Shown here piece after piece: positions 1 to 10,727 of a DNA stretch of 64,000 nucleotides (position 1 is its first letter; each line of letters starts with the position of its first letter). The stretch lies in NCBI GenBank assembly GCA_963789055.1, contig CAWBJE010000002.1:304563-368562 (forward strand). The letters run 5' to 3'. The stretch comes from an uncultured Verrucomicrobiae bacterium. GTDB taxonomy: Bacteria; Verrucomicrobiota; Verrucomicrobiia; Limisphaerales; UBA11358. A model generated the notes under the pieces. The model was given only the letters and a program-made list of their open reading frames with translations, had not been told where the DNA came from and did no database searches. The position numbers and the translations under genes were made by a program.

Positions 1-1
1 G

Positions 2-1495
2 GTAAAATTGATGGAAGCCCATCCGACCGTTGGCCTGATTCAAACTGTGCCGGCGCTCGTAAATGCCGAGTCGTTGTTCGGGCGCATCCAGCAATTTGCC
101 AACCGTCTCTACGCGCCGGTATTTATTGCCGGGTTGAACTATTGGGCGCTCGATCTGGGAAATTATTGGGGGCACAATGCCATCATCCGCACCGAGCCGT
201 TCATGCAATTTTGCGATTTGCCGCAACTGCCCGGGCGCAAGCCGTTTGGAGGCCAGATTCTCAGCCATGACTTTGTCGAGGCAGCGCTGATGTTGCGCGC
301 CAACTGGGAAGTCTGGTTCGCTTACGACCTCGAAGGCAGCTACGAGGAAACGCCGCAGGCCTTGATCGAAAACGCCCAGCGCGAACGCCGCTGGTGTCAG
401 GGCAATTTGCAACATGGCCTTGTCCTCTTTGCCAAAGGGCTGCGCGGAGTGAGCCGGCTGCATTTGATCCTGGGCATTTTCGGTTATCTCGCCGGGCCTT
501 TGTGGCTGGCTTTTCTGCTCACGTTCAACTGGATTTGCTGGTTTCACAAACACACCGGTCTCTCGGAAATCACCGTGCGGGCGTTCACGCCCTACCTCAG
601 CACCTTTAGCGGCACCGCCCATGCCCTGCTCATTTTCGTCATCTGCATGGTTGCCATCATGTTGCCAAAGATCCTCGCTCTCATTGACCTTTCCTATGAT
701 ACGGAACGGCGGCGGGCGTTTGGAGGGCTGACGCGCGCAACCGCCAGCGTTGTTTGGGAAACCGTTTTTTCCACATTGCACGCGCCGCTGCTGATGCTGT
801 GGCACACACGATTCGTCGTCAGCAACCTGCTGGGCGTCAGTGTCGGTTGGACGCCGCAAAAACGCGCTGGCGGCACGGCGTGGACCTATGCCATCCGGCG
901 GCATTGGGGACACACCTTGATCGGACTGGTCTGGGGCGATTTCATGTGGTGGCTGGGGCCGTCGTTGTTCTGGTGGTTCACGCCCGTGCTGGCGGGCATG
1001 GTTCTGTCCATTCCCTTGAGCGTCTTCACCAGCCGGCGCAACCTCGGCGCGCGGGCGCGCAAGCTGGGTTTGTTCCTCACGCCGGAGGAAATCGCGCCGC
1101 CGTCGGAACTGGTCTCGCTGCGTTCGAACATGAAAGTTAATGAAATGACCGAAGACACCGCGCCGCGCCGCCCCCACGTTGGGCTGGCCGAGGCGGTGCT
1201 CGATCCGTACGTCAATGCCATTCACGTCTCGCTGCTGCGCGAGAAGCAACTCAATCCGGTTTATGCCGAGCAACTGGCGGCGCTGGGCGTTGGCAGCCCG
1301 AAAGTCCGCGCCCTGGGCGAAAAATTGCTGGCCGCCGGGCCGGACAAATTGACTCCGGCCGAACGGCTTTTAATCATGGCCGACGCGCACACCATGGTCT
1401 GGCTGTATCATGAAGCCTGGCTGCGAACGGGCGAATCGTTTGCGCCCTGGTGGCGGGCTTCCATTCGCGAATACAGCCGGCTGGATGAGTCGTAA
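2..1495 (+). CDS. opgH: Glucan biosynthesis glucosyltransferase H (OpgH/MdoH family), C-terminal ~498 codons; the 5' end lies outside the window
   Basis: The frame is open from base 2. It carries the GT2 processive signature QRERRWCQGNLQH, followed by several hydrophobic helices (LHLILGIFGYLAGPLWLAFLL, ALLIFVICMVAIML, FWWFTPVLAGMVLSIPL). Confidence 0.85.
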   Translation, partial: VKLMEAHPTVGLIQTVPALVNAESLFGRIQQFANRLYAPVFIAGLNYWALDLGNYWGHNAIIRTEPFMQFCDLPQLPGRKPFGGQILSHDFVEAALMLRANWEVWFAYDLEGSYEETPQALIENAQRERRWCQGNLQHGLVLFAKGLRGVSRLHLILGIFGYLAGPLWLAFLLTFNWICWFHKHTGLSEITVRAFTPYLSTFSGTAHALLIFVICMVAIMLPKILALIDLSYDTERRRAFGGLTRATASVVWETVFSTLHAPLLMLWHTRFVVSNLLGVSVGWTPQKRAGGTAWTYAIRRHWGHTLIGLVWGDFMWWLGPSLFWWFTPVLAGMVLSIPLSVFTSRRNLGARARKLGLFLTPEEIAPPSELVSLRSNMKVNEMTEDTAPRRPHVGLAEAVLDPYVNAIHVSLLREKQLNPVYAEQLAALGVGSPKVRALGEKLLAAGPDKLTPAERLLIMADAHTMVWLYHEAWLRTGESFAPWWRASIREYSRLDES

Positions 1496-2033
1496 CTGCG
1501 GCCTGTCACACGCTTCCTTTGTCAGTAAAGTTCACCGCCAGCGGCATGGTTGGCACGACGAATCATTCATCCAGGCTTCAGTTCCAGGTTGCTGGCGGGG
1601 GATTTACACTGAATGGCGGCATTCAAAGAGAACTCAATCCGGATTTGGTTCGGTCGCGGTTAATCAGGCTGGCGATGATATCGGAGTCCTGTTTGTCCGG
1701 GCAATGGCACAGGATTTGTTTCAGGCTGGTATCGTAGATTAACCAGTCACCGAAGAAAAAATGTATGGTGGCCCGCACTGACATGGACGGTTTGGATTTT
1801 GGATTCGCAGCGGGGTTTGCGCCGTTCGACCGGGCGGCCATGCCTGGATTTGGGCGAGACATAATGGTGGCGTCTGGGTTGATTGGTATTTCAGGGCGGT
1901 GGCAATCGCTCATTGATAGGCTGTTTGTGCAAATTGGCAGTCAACATCTCGTTTTCAACTTCTGGGCCAGACCGGTGGCCGACCAATTAATTCGTCAGTA
2001 GTTATTTAGCAAAAATGTGCTAAAAAGTGATGA

Positions 2034-2070
2034 ATTAGGGACACATTGAATGATTTGAGGGGCAAATTGC
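2034..2070 (-). promoter_or_regulatory. Copy A of a conserved 37-nt intergenic motif (GCAATTYGCCCCTCAAATC..CAATGTGTCCCTAAT)
   Basis: The reverse complement gcaatttgcccctcaaatcattcaatgtgtccctaat aligns without gaps to 25290-25326, with 29/37 identical. Confidence 0.4.
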
Positions 2071-2211
2071 GCCCGGGAAGGGGCGAAACTAAAGAGAAAA
2101 TGCGGGACTGCCTCTTCAAGAAAGTTGCGAGTGAACCTGCATCGAAGAAATCAATCCCAAACAAACATTTTTCGATTTTGGCGGTGACGCAAGTCGTGGC
2201 AGGATGGGCAT

Positions 2212-2754
2212 ATGAAAACTTTCACCCCTCGCGGTCTCTGGTCACGGATACTGATTGTTCTTGGCAGTATTGGCATGCTGGTGGGAGCCATCGATCCCAT
2301 GGAAGGTTCGGCCGTTATCCTTCCTGGCAGCCTGATCGTTGCGCTCGGCACCTTTTTCAACCAAAGCGAACGTCATCTCTTCGCCTACCGGGCGTGGGTC
2401 TTTATTCTGATTGCGATTGGCGTGGGGGCTTTATGGGGATTGAGCATGGCCGGAGGTATTGGCGGCAAGTCCGGACATTCCATGTGGTGGGGTGTGCTGA
2501 TACTGCCTTATCTGATTGGCTGGAGCATGGGAATTTGGGGGCCGGGATCACCGCGTTGGTTATTGATATTGGGCATTGGCGTTGGACTTTGGTACCTGGC
2601 AATACTTGCGCTGGTTCTGAAGCATTCGTGGCAACGTGGCGGAGCCATGTCAGCCCTGCCGGGCATCATCATCGCCGCCTTTGGCGTGCTGACCATAGCT
2701 GGTTGCATCAGCCGGCTGTGTCGGGCGTCACGTCATTTGGTTCCGGGCGCCTGA
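2212..2754 (+). CDS. Hypothetical polytopic membrane protein
   Basis: ATG-initiated 180-aa ORF made almost entirely of hydrophobic segments (ILIVLGSIGMLVGAI, VFILIAIGVGALWGL, WWGVLILPYLIGW, LLILGIGVGLWYLAILALV, IIIAAFGVLTIAGCI). Confidence 0.6.
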   Translation: MKTFTPRGLWSRILIVLGSIGMLVGAIDPMEGSAVILPGSLIVALGTFFNQSERHLFAYRAWVFILIAIGVGALWGLSMAGGIGGKSGHSMWWGVLILPYLIGWSMGIWGPGSPRWLLILGIGVGLWYLAILALVLKHSWQRGGAMSALPGIIIAAFGVLTIAGCISRLCRASRHLVPGA

Positions 2755-2913
2755 TTTCCTGTAGTGTCGAGCCTGCGGCTCGAACGAATCGGCGCACAGC
2801 GCCGACACTACAACCCGGGTCAGGCATCGGATTTCTTCATTCGACCCTCAACTCCCTGTCCACCGTCCTGTCCAGCGAAGCCGAGGCGAAGTTGGAAGCC
2901 CGGCGAAGGCGGG

Positions 2914-2934
2914 TCAACCCTCAACTCTCAACCG
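2914..2934. repeat. Tandem heptamers TCAACCC TCAACTC TCAACCG (complement of GTTGAGR)
   Basis: Read directly from the sequence. The same heptamer forms the arrays inside hypF at 34281-34316 and 34609-34637. Confidence 0.6.
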
Positions 2935-3175
2935 TCATTATGCACCCGCTGGCCAATCTCGCCAAGTTGCTCCATAAACAGGATTTCCGCGACGGCCTGT
3001 GACGCCATTATTTTCATGGGGCTGACCCCGTCATGATATTGGATTCGCTCAAACACCAGTCAGAAGGCATCTCATTGGCACATCGCATTTGACAGTCACC
3101 GAAGCCGCATTATGATGTTTGCGATACACGGAATCGCACCGAGGAAGCCATATAGTTCTGTGATCACACATAAAA

Positions 3176-3406
3176 ATGAACGAAAAAATTGTACAAATTA
3201 TTCCCGCCGATGATTGGTTTGCCGTGTTTAAGATGGATGACGAAGCTGAATTGTCCATGCCTCTGAACTGCTGGGCCCTGTGTCAAGAGGAGGATGGCTC
3301 TTCCAGGATCGAGGGCATCTATGTGGATGCAGCCGGTGATTGCACCGCGGCCAAATCGGCCATCAATTTCGTACGTTACAAAAGACTTTCAACGGTTGTC
3401 ACCTGA
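3176..3406 (+). CDS. Small hypothetical protein (76 aa)
   Basis: ATG ORF in an otherwise empty AT-rich gap with an acidic, non-repetitive translation. No motif recognised. Confidence 0.35.
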   Translation: MNEKIVQIIPADDWFAVFKMDDEAELSMPLNCWALCQEEDGSSRIEGIYVDAAGDCTAAKSAINFVRYKRLSTVVT

Positions 3407-3612
3407 CACCTGATCTGGTTTCTCCACGGCGGCGGATTTTTGGCGCAGGACCCAGAGGCCGCTTAAAAGGCCTTGGGCCTCACGCGGTGGGTGACGCATC
3501 TGATTTACGACTCCGATTTTCGCGAGCACGCGCGGAGCGGTGTTGGCGATTTATAGTTGAAACAGAGATTTTCGTGTGGTTCGTATGGTTCGTGGTTCCA
3601 ATCTGGCGGCGG

Positions 3613-4761
3613 CTACAGCAATTCCAGCGCGCGCTGCAACTCGCCGTCCGTGTTGTAAAAATGCGGCGAGAAACGGATGTAATTCTGCCCTTTGCGGTCC
3701 GCGCGCAACGATGCTACGACACCGGCATCCGTTAATTTTTTATGCAACGCCGTGAGGTCTTTCCCCGGCTGATGAAAGGAAACAATGCCGCTGGCGTTTT
3801 CAGGTTTTGTATCTGCGCTCAAAACCGTAAACCCTTTCGCCTGCAAGGCCGGCACGAGCCACGCGCGTTTGCGCAACAGTTCAGCGGCTATATTTTCGAC
3901 GCCAACTTCCAGAACCAGTTCCATGGCGGCAATCAATCCCACGAGGCCGAGCAGATTGTGCGTGCCGGCTTCGTATTTCGCGGCGTCGTTGCGGAAAACA
4001 ATTTGCTCCTGTGCCACAAAATTCGGGCAGCGCACGTTGTGCCAGCCATAAACAGGCGGGTTCAGTTTTTCCTGCAACTTGCGCCGGACATAAAACAGCC
4101 CCGCGCCGCAGGGGCCGAGCAACCATTTGTGCGCGTCGGCAGCCAGAAAATCCACATGCTCAACCGTTGTCGGGAACGCGGCAAGCGTTTGGATGGCATC
4201 GAGACAAAATAAAATGCCGCGTTCGCGGAGAAACCTGCCGATGACCTGATGGTCCAGCCGGAAGCCACTGATGAAATGACAGGATGCAAGGGCGACGAGA
4301 CGGGTGTTTTCATCCACCTGCCCCATCACGTCCTTTGGTCGGATGACACCGATACCGCGGGTGTTCAGCAGTCGGACTTCGATGCCACGTTTGGCCAGTG
4401 CCATCCACGGATAAACGTTGGACGGGTAATCATCGTGGTAAATCAGGATGTTGTCGCCCCGCCGAAAACTCAGCCCGGCGGCGACAAAACTCAGTCCGAG
4501 TGACGTAGGCCCGACGAGTGCGACTTCCTCCGGCTGGCAATTCAGCAATTGCGCCCCGAGCCGGCGCGCGCCGTCCAAGCGGTGCTTGACGAACGCCTCC
4601 TGATCGCCCAGCGTGCCGCGTTGGGCACATTCGCCAACGGCCTCGGCTACGCGGCGCGGCAACGCGCAGACTCCCGCGTGCGCGAGGAAAATTTTGTCAC
4701 GCGCGACGGGAAATTCATTCCGGCGAAGCTCCTCATTGGCGTGCAATTCAGCCAGTGTCAT
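3613..4761 (-). CDS. Class V aminotransferase / cysteine desulfurase-like PLP enzyme
   Basis: 382 aa with the PLP-lysine region FLAADAHKWLLGPCGAGLFYV. The overall layout fits an aminotransferase class V fold. Confidence 0.8.
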   Translation of the reverse strand: MTLAELHANEELRRNEFPVARDKIFLAHAGVCALPRRVAEAVGECAQRGTLGDQEAFVKHRLDGARRLGAQLLNCQPEEVALVGPTSLGLSFVAAGLSFRRGDNILIYHDDYPSNVYPWMALAKRGIEVRLLNTRGIGVIRPKDVMGQVDENTRLVALASCHFISGFRLDHQVIGRFLRERGILFCLDAIQTLAAFPTTVEHVDFLAADAHKWLLGPCGAGLFYVRRKLQEKLNPPVYGWHNVRCPNFVAQEQIVFRNDAAKYEAGTHNLLGLVGLIAAMELVLEVGVENIAAELLRKRAWLVPALQAKGFTVLSADTKPENASGIVSFHQPGKDLTALHKKLTDAGVVASLRADRKGQNYIRFSPHFYNTDGELQRALELL

Positions 4762-4803
4762 GCAATAAAGTTAATTTGCGGGAGGCCGGCGCGCAAAGCG
4801 GAA

Positions 4804-5826
4804 TTAAAACCCCTTCATGATGTCGGATACCTGGCCGAAGTAGCCGACATAAAAATGGACGATTTCATACGCGATGACCAACGCAACCAGCAGATAAACC
4901 AGGCGGGGCGTCCATTGGGCGAAAGCGTGGAGTTTGCGCGTACCGTCGTCGCTGTAAAGCCGGTGCAGGTTGCGGAGTGATTCATCAAGTTTGCCGCTGA
5001 CTTCGCCGCTGGCATACAAATTGGCAAAAGTGTCCGGGAACAGTCGGCAGGCGCGCACGGCTTCGGACGGCATCTGACCGGCGGTCACTTTGGGCCTCCA
5101 GGCGACGACGGCGCGGCGCAAAGCGGGCGAACCGCTGGCGGTGGCGGCCAGGTCCCAGGCTTCAAAAATGTTGACTCCGGCGCTGATGAGCGCTTCGAGC
5201 GCCACGGCCAGCCGGGACAATGCCAGATAATGCCGGGCACGGCCCAGGATGGGAACCGGGCGCAGAAGGGATTCGATCACCGCGCGCCAGTGTTCACCGT
5301 GTTTGCTTTGCGTGGCGTAAATCAACGCGATGACCGCCCCATAAAACGGGGCGAGAATGAGCGCGGCCCGGCCGAACAGAAGAAGCAGGCTGGCGTTGAA
5401 TTGTGAGTGCGCGTATGGAAGCACAATTAAAAAAATGAAGGCGGCGAAGTGGATCAACCCGACAGGATACATGAGATCGGAAATTACCTGTTGAATGAGG
5501 CGGGCACGCTCGTTGTAGTAATCGGCCAACAGGCGGAAGCAGGTTTCCAGCCGGCCGCTTTTTTCGCCCGCTTCAATCAGCGCCAGGTCAAACGCAGGCA
5601 GCCAGTCGAGGCGCTGCAATGATTCGGCCAGCGTTGCACCCCCGATGAGTTCCTTGAGCAGGCGCCGCAATGGTTTGTGGTAAGTGGCGGACGGTGGATG
5701 GGATTCGATTTGTTCCAGGGCGCGAACGATAGGAATCCCCGCTGTGATTAACTGGCCGAGTTGATGATACAATTCGGCGCGCCGGGAGAATTGACGGGGT
5801 GAAATGATGAGCGACATAACGCCCAC
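4804..5826 (-). CDS. Type II secretion system F (GspF/PilC) family inner-membrane protein
   Basis: Two T2SSF-like repeats (GIPIVRALEQIES...LIEAGEKSGRLETCFRLLADYY and LISAGVNIFEAW...LYASGEVSGKLDESLRNL) separated by TM helices. No GspE-type ATPase lies nearby. Confidence 0.75.
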   Translation of the reverse strand: MGVMSLIISPRQFSRRAELYHQLGQLITAGIPIVRALEQIESHPPSATYHKPLRRLLKELIGGATLAESLQRLDWLPAFDLALIEAGEKSGRLETCFRLLADYYNERARLIQQVISDLMYPVGLIHFAAFIFLIVLPYAHSQFNASLLLLFGRAALILAPFYGAVIALIYATQSKHGEHWRAVIESLLRPVPILGRARHYLALSRLAVALEALISAGVNIFEAWDLAATASGSPALRRAVVAWRPKVTAGQMPSEAVRACRLFPDTFANLYASGEVSGKLDESLRNLHRLYSDDGTRKLHAFAQWTPRLVYLLVALVIAYEIVHFYVGYFGQVSDIMKGF

Positions 5827-5832
5827 CCCGTT

Positions 5833-6165
5833 TCAGGCTGCCACTCGGTCGAGGCTGGCCTTGAGATCGCGCCGGTTCTTGGCGCCAACCATTTGCTCGG
5901 CGATTTCGCCCTTGCTGAAAAGCAGCAGGGTGGGAATGGCGCGAATGCCGTACTCGGCGGCGAGCGACTGGTGCTCATCAACGTTTACTTTGCCGATTTT
6001 CACCTTGCCATCGTATTCATCAGCCAGTTCATCGAGCAGCGGCGCGATCATCTTGCACGGGCCGCACCACTCAGCCCAGAAATCAACGAGTACGGGCACC
6101 GGTGATTGCACAACCTGCTGCGCAAAATTTTCCGGTGTCAATGTGATGATTAATGGAGATGCCAT
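5833..6165 (-). CDS. trxA: Thioredoxin
   Basis: 110 aa with the active site [13 protein letters not shown]. Confidence 0.95.
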   Translation of the reverse strand: MASPLIITLTPENFAQQVVQSPVPVLVDFWAEWCGPCKMIAPLLDELADEYDGKVKIGKVNVDEHQSLAAEYGIRAIPTLLLFSKGEIAEQMVGAKNRRDLKASLDRVAA

Positions 6166-6216
6166 GTTTCAAATGAAACGGTTTAGAGCGCTATAAGTAA
6201 CACGGTTTAGCCGGGT

Positions 6217-6663
6217 TCAACCGATGGCATTCTTGAGCATCAGGAACATCCAAACCACCGTGCCGGCGGCGAACAATCCTGTCACCAGTGCGGCGATGAT
6301 CAATATGTTGTCGAGGGCGCTGATGGTAGGAGCGGCGGGAGCCGCTCTTTGAATCGCCGGAGCCGGACGGGTTTGGGCCACGGGTGCGGCAGCGGCGGCA
6401 ACAGTGGTTCGTGGCGCAGCAGCTGGAGCAGCTGCAGACAACGTCGGCGCTCTTGTTGGACTGGGCGGCGGTGTCGCACTGGGTGCGCCGGTCGGGCCGC
6501 CGGGCGGCAGCGTCGGCAGTTTAATCGTCGGCGCTGTGGAAGGTTTGGGTGGTAAATTGATCCGGACGGTCTCTTTTTTGGGCTGTACTTTGCCGGTTTC
6601 TTTTTTTACCGGAGGCACAGCACCAGCAGGTGCGCCGGGTATGTTCGAAGGAATGTCAGCCAT
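6217..6663 (-). CDS. Pro/Ala-rich protein with a C-terminal membrane anchor
   Basis: 148 aa. It has a low-complexity P/A/T-rich body and ends in the hydrophobic helix ILIIAALVTGLFAAGTVVWMFLML. Confidence 0.5.
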   Translation of the reverse strand: MADIPSNIPGAPAGAVPPVKKETGKVQPKKETVRINLPPKPSTAPTIKLPTLPPGGPTGAPSATPPPSPTRAPTLSAAAPAAAPRTTVAAAAAPVAQTRPAPAIQRAAPAAPTISALDNILIIAALVTGLFAAGTVVWMFLMLKNAIG

Positions 6664-6743
6664 AAATATTAGTGGTTCAAGATAAACGGCGGCCCGCGGC
6701 TGTCAAATGTATTTCTGGGTAAACCTGTTGACGCCAGCCGCTA

Positions 6744-8126
6744 TCAGACTTTTTCCTCGATTAATTCACGTCGGGCGCCACCGAGCAATTGTTCCACAAA
6801 ACCGGTCGAATAAACACCTCGCCGGAAATTCGGGTCCTGCATGATGGCCTGTTGGAATGACACCGTGGTTTTAATGCCGGTAATCATGTATTCGGCAAGC
6901 GCGCGGTTCATCCGGTCCATCGCTTCACGCCGGTCTTTGCCCGTGGCAATCAGTTTGCCCAGCATCGAGTCGTAGGTCGGGGGAATCGTATACCCCGCGT
7001 AGGCATGGGTATCCACGCGCACCCCGCGTCCGCCAGGTTGAAAATACATCTCAATCCGCCCCGGGCTGGGACGGAAATCATCGAACGGGTCTTCGGCATT
7101 AATGCGACATTCGATGGCATGGCCCTTGATTTGAATGTCGCTTTGCGAATGTTGCAACGGTTCGCCCATGGCCAGCAGGATTTGATAGCGTACGAGATCA
7201 ATCCCCGTGACTTCCTCGGTGACCGGATGCTCGACTTGAATCCGCTTGTTGACTTCGAGGAAATAAAAATTGCCGTGGTTGTCCACAATGAATTCAACAG
7301 TGCCGGCGTTGGTATAGTGCGCGGCTTCGGCGATTTTCACGGCCGCCTTGCCGATTCGGTCGCGCAATTTGCGGAATTTGAATTCGAGCAACGGCGACGG
7401 TGCCTCCTCAATAAGTTTCTGGTTGCGGCGTTGGACGGAGCAATCGCGTTCGCCCAGATGAATAATGCGGCCTTTGTGGTCCCCGAGAATTTGAATTTCA
7501 ATATGGTGCGGATTCTCGATGTATTTTTCGATGTAAACCCCGGAGTTGCCGAACGCTTTTTCCGCTTCATTTCGCGCCGTGTGAAAACCTTTCACCAGCG
7601 AAATATCATTGTGTGCCACGCGCATTCCGCGTCCGCCACCGCCGGCAATGGCTTTAATCATCACCGGATAACCTATGTGTTTGGCAATGGCCAAGGCATC
7701 CGGCTCTTTTTCAACGACGCCATCCGACCCTGGCGGCAAGGGCACCCCGGCCTTTTTTGCCAGCGCACGGCTGACCGCTTTGTCGGCCAGTGCCTGCATT
7801 GTGCGCGGATTGGGGCCGATAAAACGAACGTTGCAACTTTCGCAAACCTCGGCGAAATGCGCGTTCTCCGAAAGAAAACCATAGCCGGGATGAATCGCGT
7901 CCACATCCGCGACCTCCGCCGCACTGATAATGCGGTCAATGCGCAGATAACTTTCCGACGCCGCCGCTTTGCCGATGCAAATGGCCTCGTCGGCCAGTTG
8001 CACGTGCATGGAATTGGCATCCGCCTCCGAATAAACAGCTACCGTACGAATATTCAACTCTTTACAAGCGCGGATGATCCGAACGGCTATCTCGCCGCGA
8101 TTGGCCACCAGAATTTTTTCAAACAT
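6744..8126 (-). CDS. accC: Acetyl-CoA carboxylase, biotin carboxylase subunit
   Basis: N-terminus MFEKILVANRGEIAVRIIRACKELNI, ATP-grasp motif GGGGRGMRV, 460 aa. Confidence 0.97.
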   Translation of the reverse strand: MFEKILVANRGEIAVRIIRACKELNIRTVAVYSEADANSMHVQLADEAICIGKAAASESYLRIDRIISAAEVADVDAIHPGYGFLSENAHFAEVCESCNVRFIGPNPRTMQALADKAVSRALAKKAGVPLPPGSDGVVEKEPDALAIAKHIGYPVMIKAIAGGGGRGMRVAHNDISLVKGFHTARNEAEKAFGNSGVYIEKYIENPHHIEIQILGDHKGRIIHLGERDCSVQRRNQKLIEEAPSPLLEFKFRKLRDRIGKAAVKIAEAAHYTNAGTVEFIVDNHGNFYFLEVNKRIQVEHPVTEEVTGIDLVRYQILLAMGEPLQHSQSDIQIKGHAIECRINAEDPFDDFRPSPGRIEMYFQPGGRGVRVDTHAYAGYTIPPTYDSMLGKLIATGKDRREAMDRMNRALAEYMITGIKTTVSFQQAIMQDPNFRRGVYSTGFVEQLLGGARRELIEEKV

Positions 8127-8177
8127 GGGCTTTCAGTGAAAGCAAACAGCATTAATTCTATGTTTCCATCGTGAAAA

Positions 8178-8645
8178 TCAGGCCGGCCGCACTTTAAACA
8201 ACGGCTGGCCGAATTCCACCGGCTTGGCGTTCTCCACCAAAACCTGCGTGATGACACCTTTAACTTCAGCTTTGATTTCATTCATCACTTTCATCGCTTC
8301 GATGATGCATACCACGGTCTCAGGGGATATTTCCGTGCCAATTTCGACATAACTCGCCGCCTCAGGAGATGGCGCACGGTAAAATGTGCCAATCATTGGT
8401 GATTTGATCTCAACTTCGCCAGTGGACGGAGGGGTCGGTGCAGCGGCAGGTGGCGGTGCAACGGTGACCGGCGGCAGAACGGGCAAAATACCAGAAGGCA
8501 CGGGCTCGTCATACTGGATTACAGGAGTGCCGCCATTCGTACCGCGCTTCAGCCTGATTTTTGAATCCTGACGTTCCAATTCAAACTCCGTTATGGAGTT
8601 TTTCTTCATCAAGTCAATTATTGCTTTAATATCTTTTATATCCAC
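8178..8645 (-). CDS. accB: Acetyl-CoA carboxylase, biotin carboxyl carrier protein
   Basis: Biotinyl-lysine motif EAMKVMNEI and a P/A linker. It lies immediately upstream of accC. Confidence 0.93.
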   Translation of the reverse strand: MDIKDIKAIIDLMKKNSITEFELERQDSKIRLKRGTNGGTPVIQYDEPVPSGILPVLPPVTVAPPPAAAPTPPSTGEVEIKSPMIGTFYRAPSPEAASYVEIGTEISPETVVCIIEAMKVMNEIKAEVKGVITQVLVENAKPVEFGQPLFKVRPA

Positions 8646-8851
8646 GGCACGTTCTCGTTAAAGTTAACTAAGTTACCTGTCTTTTACAGACAATTACCAA
8701 AAAAGCAGTGCCGAAGTTCGACCCTGCTTGTATCTTTATTAAGTTGGGCTGAATCTTAATCAACCGAATGCCGGTCGTCAAGCCGCAAAACTAAAAAAAT
8801 CCGTTTGAACAAAAAACGATAAAATCACCTTAATAAATCGGGTTTTTGTGT

Positions 8852-9289
8852 TTATTTGTTTACGTTAACGTAAACGGATGCTTCCAAAGCCAAAACGTAG
8901 GATTTTGGGCCAAAGCCGGTGATTTGCCCGCAACAAACTGGAGCAATCAGCGATTTGTGCCTGAATTTTTCTCTCGCATGGACGTTTGAGAGGTGTATCT
9001 CAATGGTCGGTACTCCTACCGCCGCAATCGCATCCCGTAGCGCAATGCTGGTATGGGTGTAAGCAGCGGCATTGATGACAATCACGTCGAACTTCCCCTT
9101 TGCCTGCTGAATCCAGTCAACCAGCTCACCTTCCAGATTGGATTGCCGAAAATCAATTCCCACCTTCAATTTTGCAGCTCGTTTACGTACTTCGGCCTCA
9201 ATATCGGCCAAAGTCACACGACCATAAACTTCCGGCTCGCGCTGGCCGAGCAAATTCAGATTCGGTCCATTTAGAAAAAGGACTTTCAT
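8852..9289 (-). CDS. aroQ: Type II 3-dehydroquinate dehydratase
   Basis: Contains [18 protein letters not shown] and [16 protein letters not shown]; 145 aa. Confidence 0.93.
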   Translation of the reverse strand: MKVLFLNGPNLNLLGQREPEVYGRVTLADIEAEVRKRAAKLKVGIDFRQSNLEGELVDWIQQAKGKFDVIVINAAAYTHTSIALRDAIAAVGVPTIEIHLSNVHAREKFRHKSLIAPVCCGQITGFGPKSYVLALEASVYVNVNK

Positions 9290-10704
9290 GTGTGGCTGTC
9301 AGAATAACCGGTCACAGTCTGGTTGTCGATTTGATTTCCGGCTTTGGAGGTCAGGAAACCCAGCAAAGTAAAAGCGGTCCAAGCGAGGGCCGGAACATAG
9401 AGGCTGAACTCCCCAATACCTTGGATAAACCAACCAAGCAGCCCGATAAAAAAGGCGAAGGTGACTGAATCCCCGGCTTTCCAAATTCGCCGCCCGATAG
9501 TAACCAGCGACAGGATAATCCATGATCCGTAAAAAATTCCGCCGGGGATGCCCGAATCTGTAAATTGCTCCCAATAGTCATTATGCGCCAGACGGGCCAT
9601 TTCGGCAGCAGGTGATTTGAGTAGTGCATAGGGTCGCTGGAACGTACCCGGGCCGGTTCCCAGTAGCGGATGATTGCCGGTGATTATTGCTGCTGCGCGC
9701 CAATAATCAAATCGCGCGCTGGCGCTGGTGGCGCCGGAGGCAAAATAATTGTGAAAACGTGCGGCAAAAACGCCCAAGCCAAGAATTACCATAGCCGCCA
9801 CCGCGACAATTTTAAATTTGGACGGCCAATTCAAACGGAGCAAATACAAGGCGCCAATGATCATTGCAATCAGCCAGCCGAGTTTGGAGCCGGTCCAACA
9901 GAACGCTATGCCGCCCAGAACAATAGTCAGAACGATTACCGGTATGCGAACAGGCGGTCGCAACGGCCTTGTGTTGTTGAAAGCCAAAACGAGCGACACC
10001 GGCAATAACAGCAGAATCAGGCCCGCCAGGGCGTTGGGATATATCAAAGTGCCCATGACCCGCCCGGTGGCCAGTTTGGCGAGGACTATCGGATTGGCTG
10101 TGTCCGCGCCGTTAGTGGTGATGACAATCTGGTTTTGTTTCAACTCTGCCAGCACTTCCGGCGAAACGTTGGTCCAGCCGGTACGCTGGCCTTCCAATAG
10201 CATTTGCCGGCTTTGTGGAAATTCAAACAGTCGCTGGTCGATGCTTCGAACGACGCAAAAGGCAAAGGCCATCAGCACGCCGACGAGCAGCCAGCGCCAG
10301 GCACATTGGTGACCAAAAATAAGTGCACCGATGAAATAACACGCCAGGCATCCGGCAAATTGACAAAGCGCCATTGTGGTAAGGTTGCCATCTACGGTTT
10401 GCGTAGCGGAAAGCACCTGCCAGCCGAACCACAGCAACGGCAGCAACCAGAGCCAACGCGATCCCGGCCAATGCCGCTTGCTCGTGAAGGCAAAGGCTGC
10501 GCCGACCAGTGCCAGTGGCAGCAGAATCCAGTTGCTCCAATGAGGCGGCCAGGCGTCCACCCAAAATTCGGCGAGTGAAACCGGCGGCGCGATTTTTTGG
10601 TCGAGAATAACCGGGTTGCCGAATTTCAAGATCGCCAGCCCAAGAAACAAGCCGAATATGAGCGCATAATAGCCGATCCCGGTTGCTTTATTTTCAGGCT
10701 TCAT
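9286..10704 (-). CDS. O-antigen ligase/polymerase (Wzy_C-like) family membrane protein
   Basis: 472 aa with more than 10 TM segments and a loop [20 protein letters not shown] typical of the family. Its stop overlaps the aroQ start by 4 nt. Confidence 0.7.
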   Translation of the reverse strand: MKPENKATGIGYYALIFGLFLGLAILKFGNPVILDQKIAPPVSLAEFWVDAWPPHWSNWILLPLALVGAAFAFTSKRHWPGSRWLWLLPLLWFGWQVLSATQTVDGNLTTMALCQFAGCLACYFIGALIFGHQCAWRWLLVGVLMAFAFCVVRSIDQRLFEFPQSRQMLLEGQRTGWTNVSPEVLAELKQNQIVITTNGADTANPIVLAKLATGRVMGTLIYPNALAGLILLLLPVSLVLAFNNTRPLRPPVRIPVIVLTIVLGGIAFCWTGSKLGWLIAMIIGALYLLRLNWPSKFKIVAVAAMVILGLGVFAARFHNYFASGATSASARFDYWRAAAIITGNHPLLGTGPGTFQRPYALLKSPAAEMARLAHNDYWEQFTDSGIPGGIFYGSWIILSLVTIGRRIWKAGDSVTFAFFIGLLGWFIQGIGEFSLYVPALAWTAFTLLGFLTSKAGNQIDNQTVTGYSDSHT

Positions 10705-10727
10705 TGCGAGGATTCATTCGCAACCGA

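Noticed and set aside
1623-1913. 96-aa minus-strand ORF downstream of motif copy A
   Set aside because: It was not called as a gene. Only the last ~50 aa look protein-like (HFFFGDWLIYDTSLKQILCHCPDKQDSDIIASLI) and I recognise no family. It is kept only as a note under the motif finding.
2046-3002. 318-aa plus-strand ORF overlapping 2212-2754
   Set aside because: Its translation is Ser/Arg/Gly-rich. The alternative frame encodes a coherent polytopic membrane protein. The tail of this ORF is just the translated heptamer repeat.
7005-8174. 389-aa ORF on the plus strand
   Set aside because: It is antisense to accC, which is unambiguous. The translation is Arg/Gly/His/Ala-rich low complexity, typical of shadow frames in GC-rich DNA.
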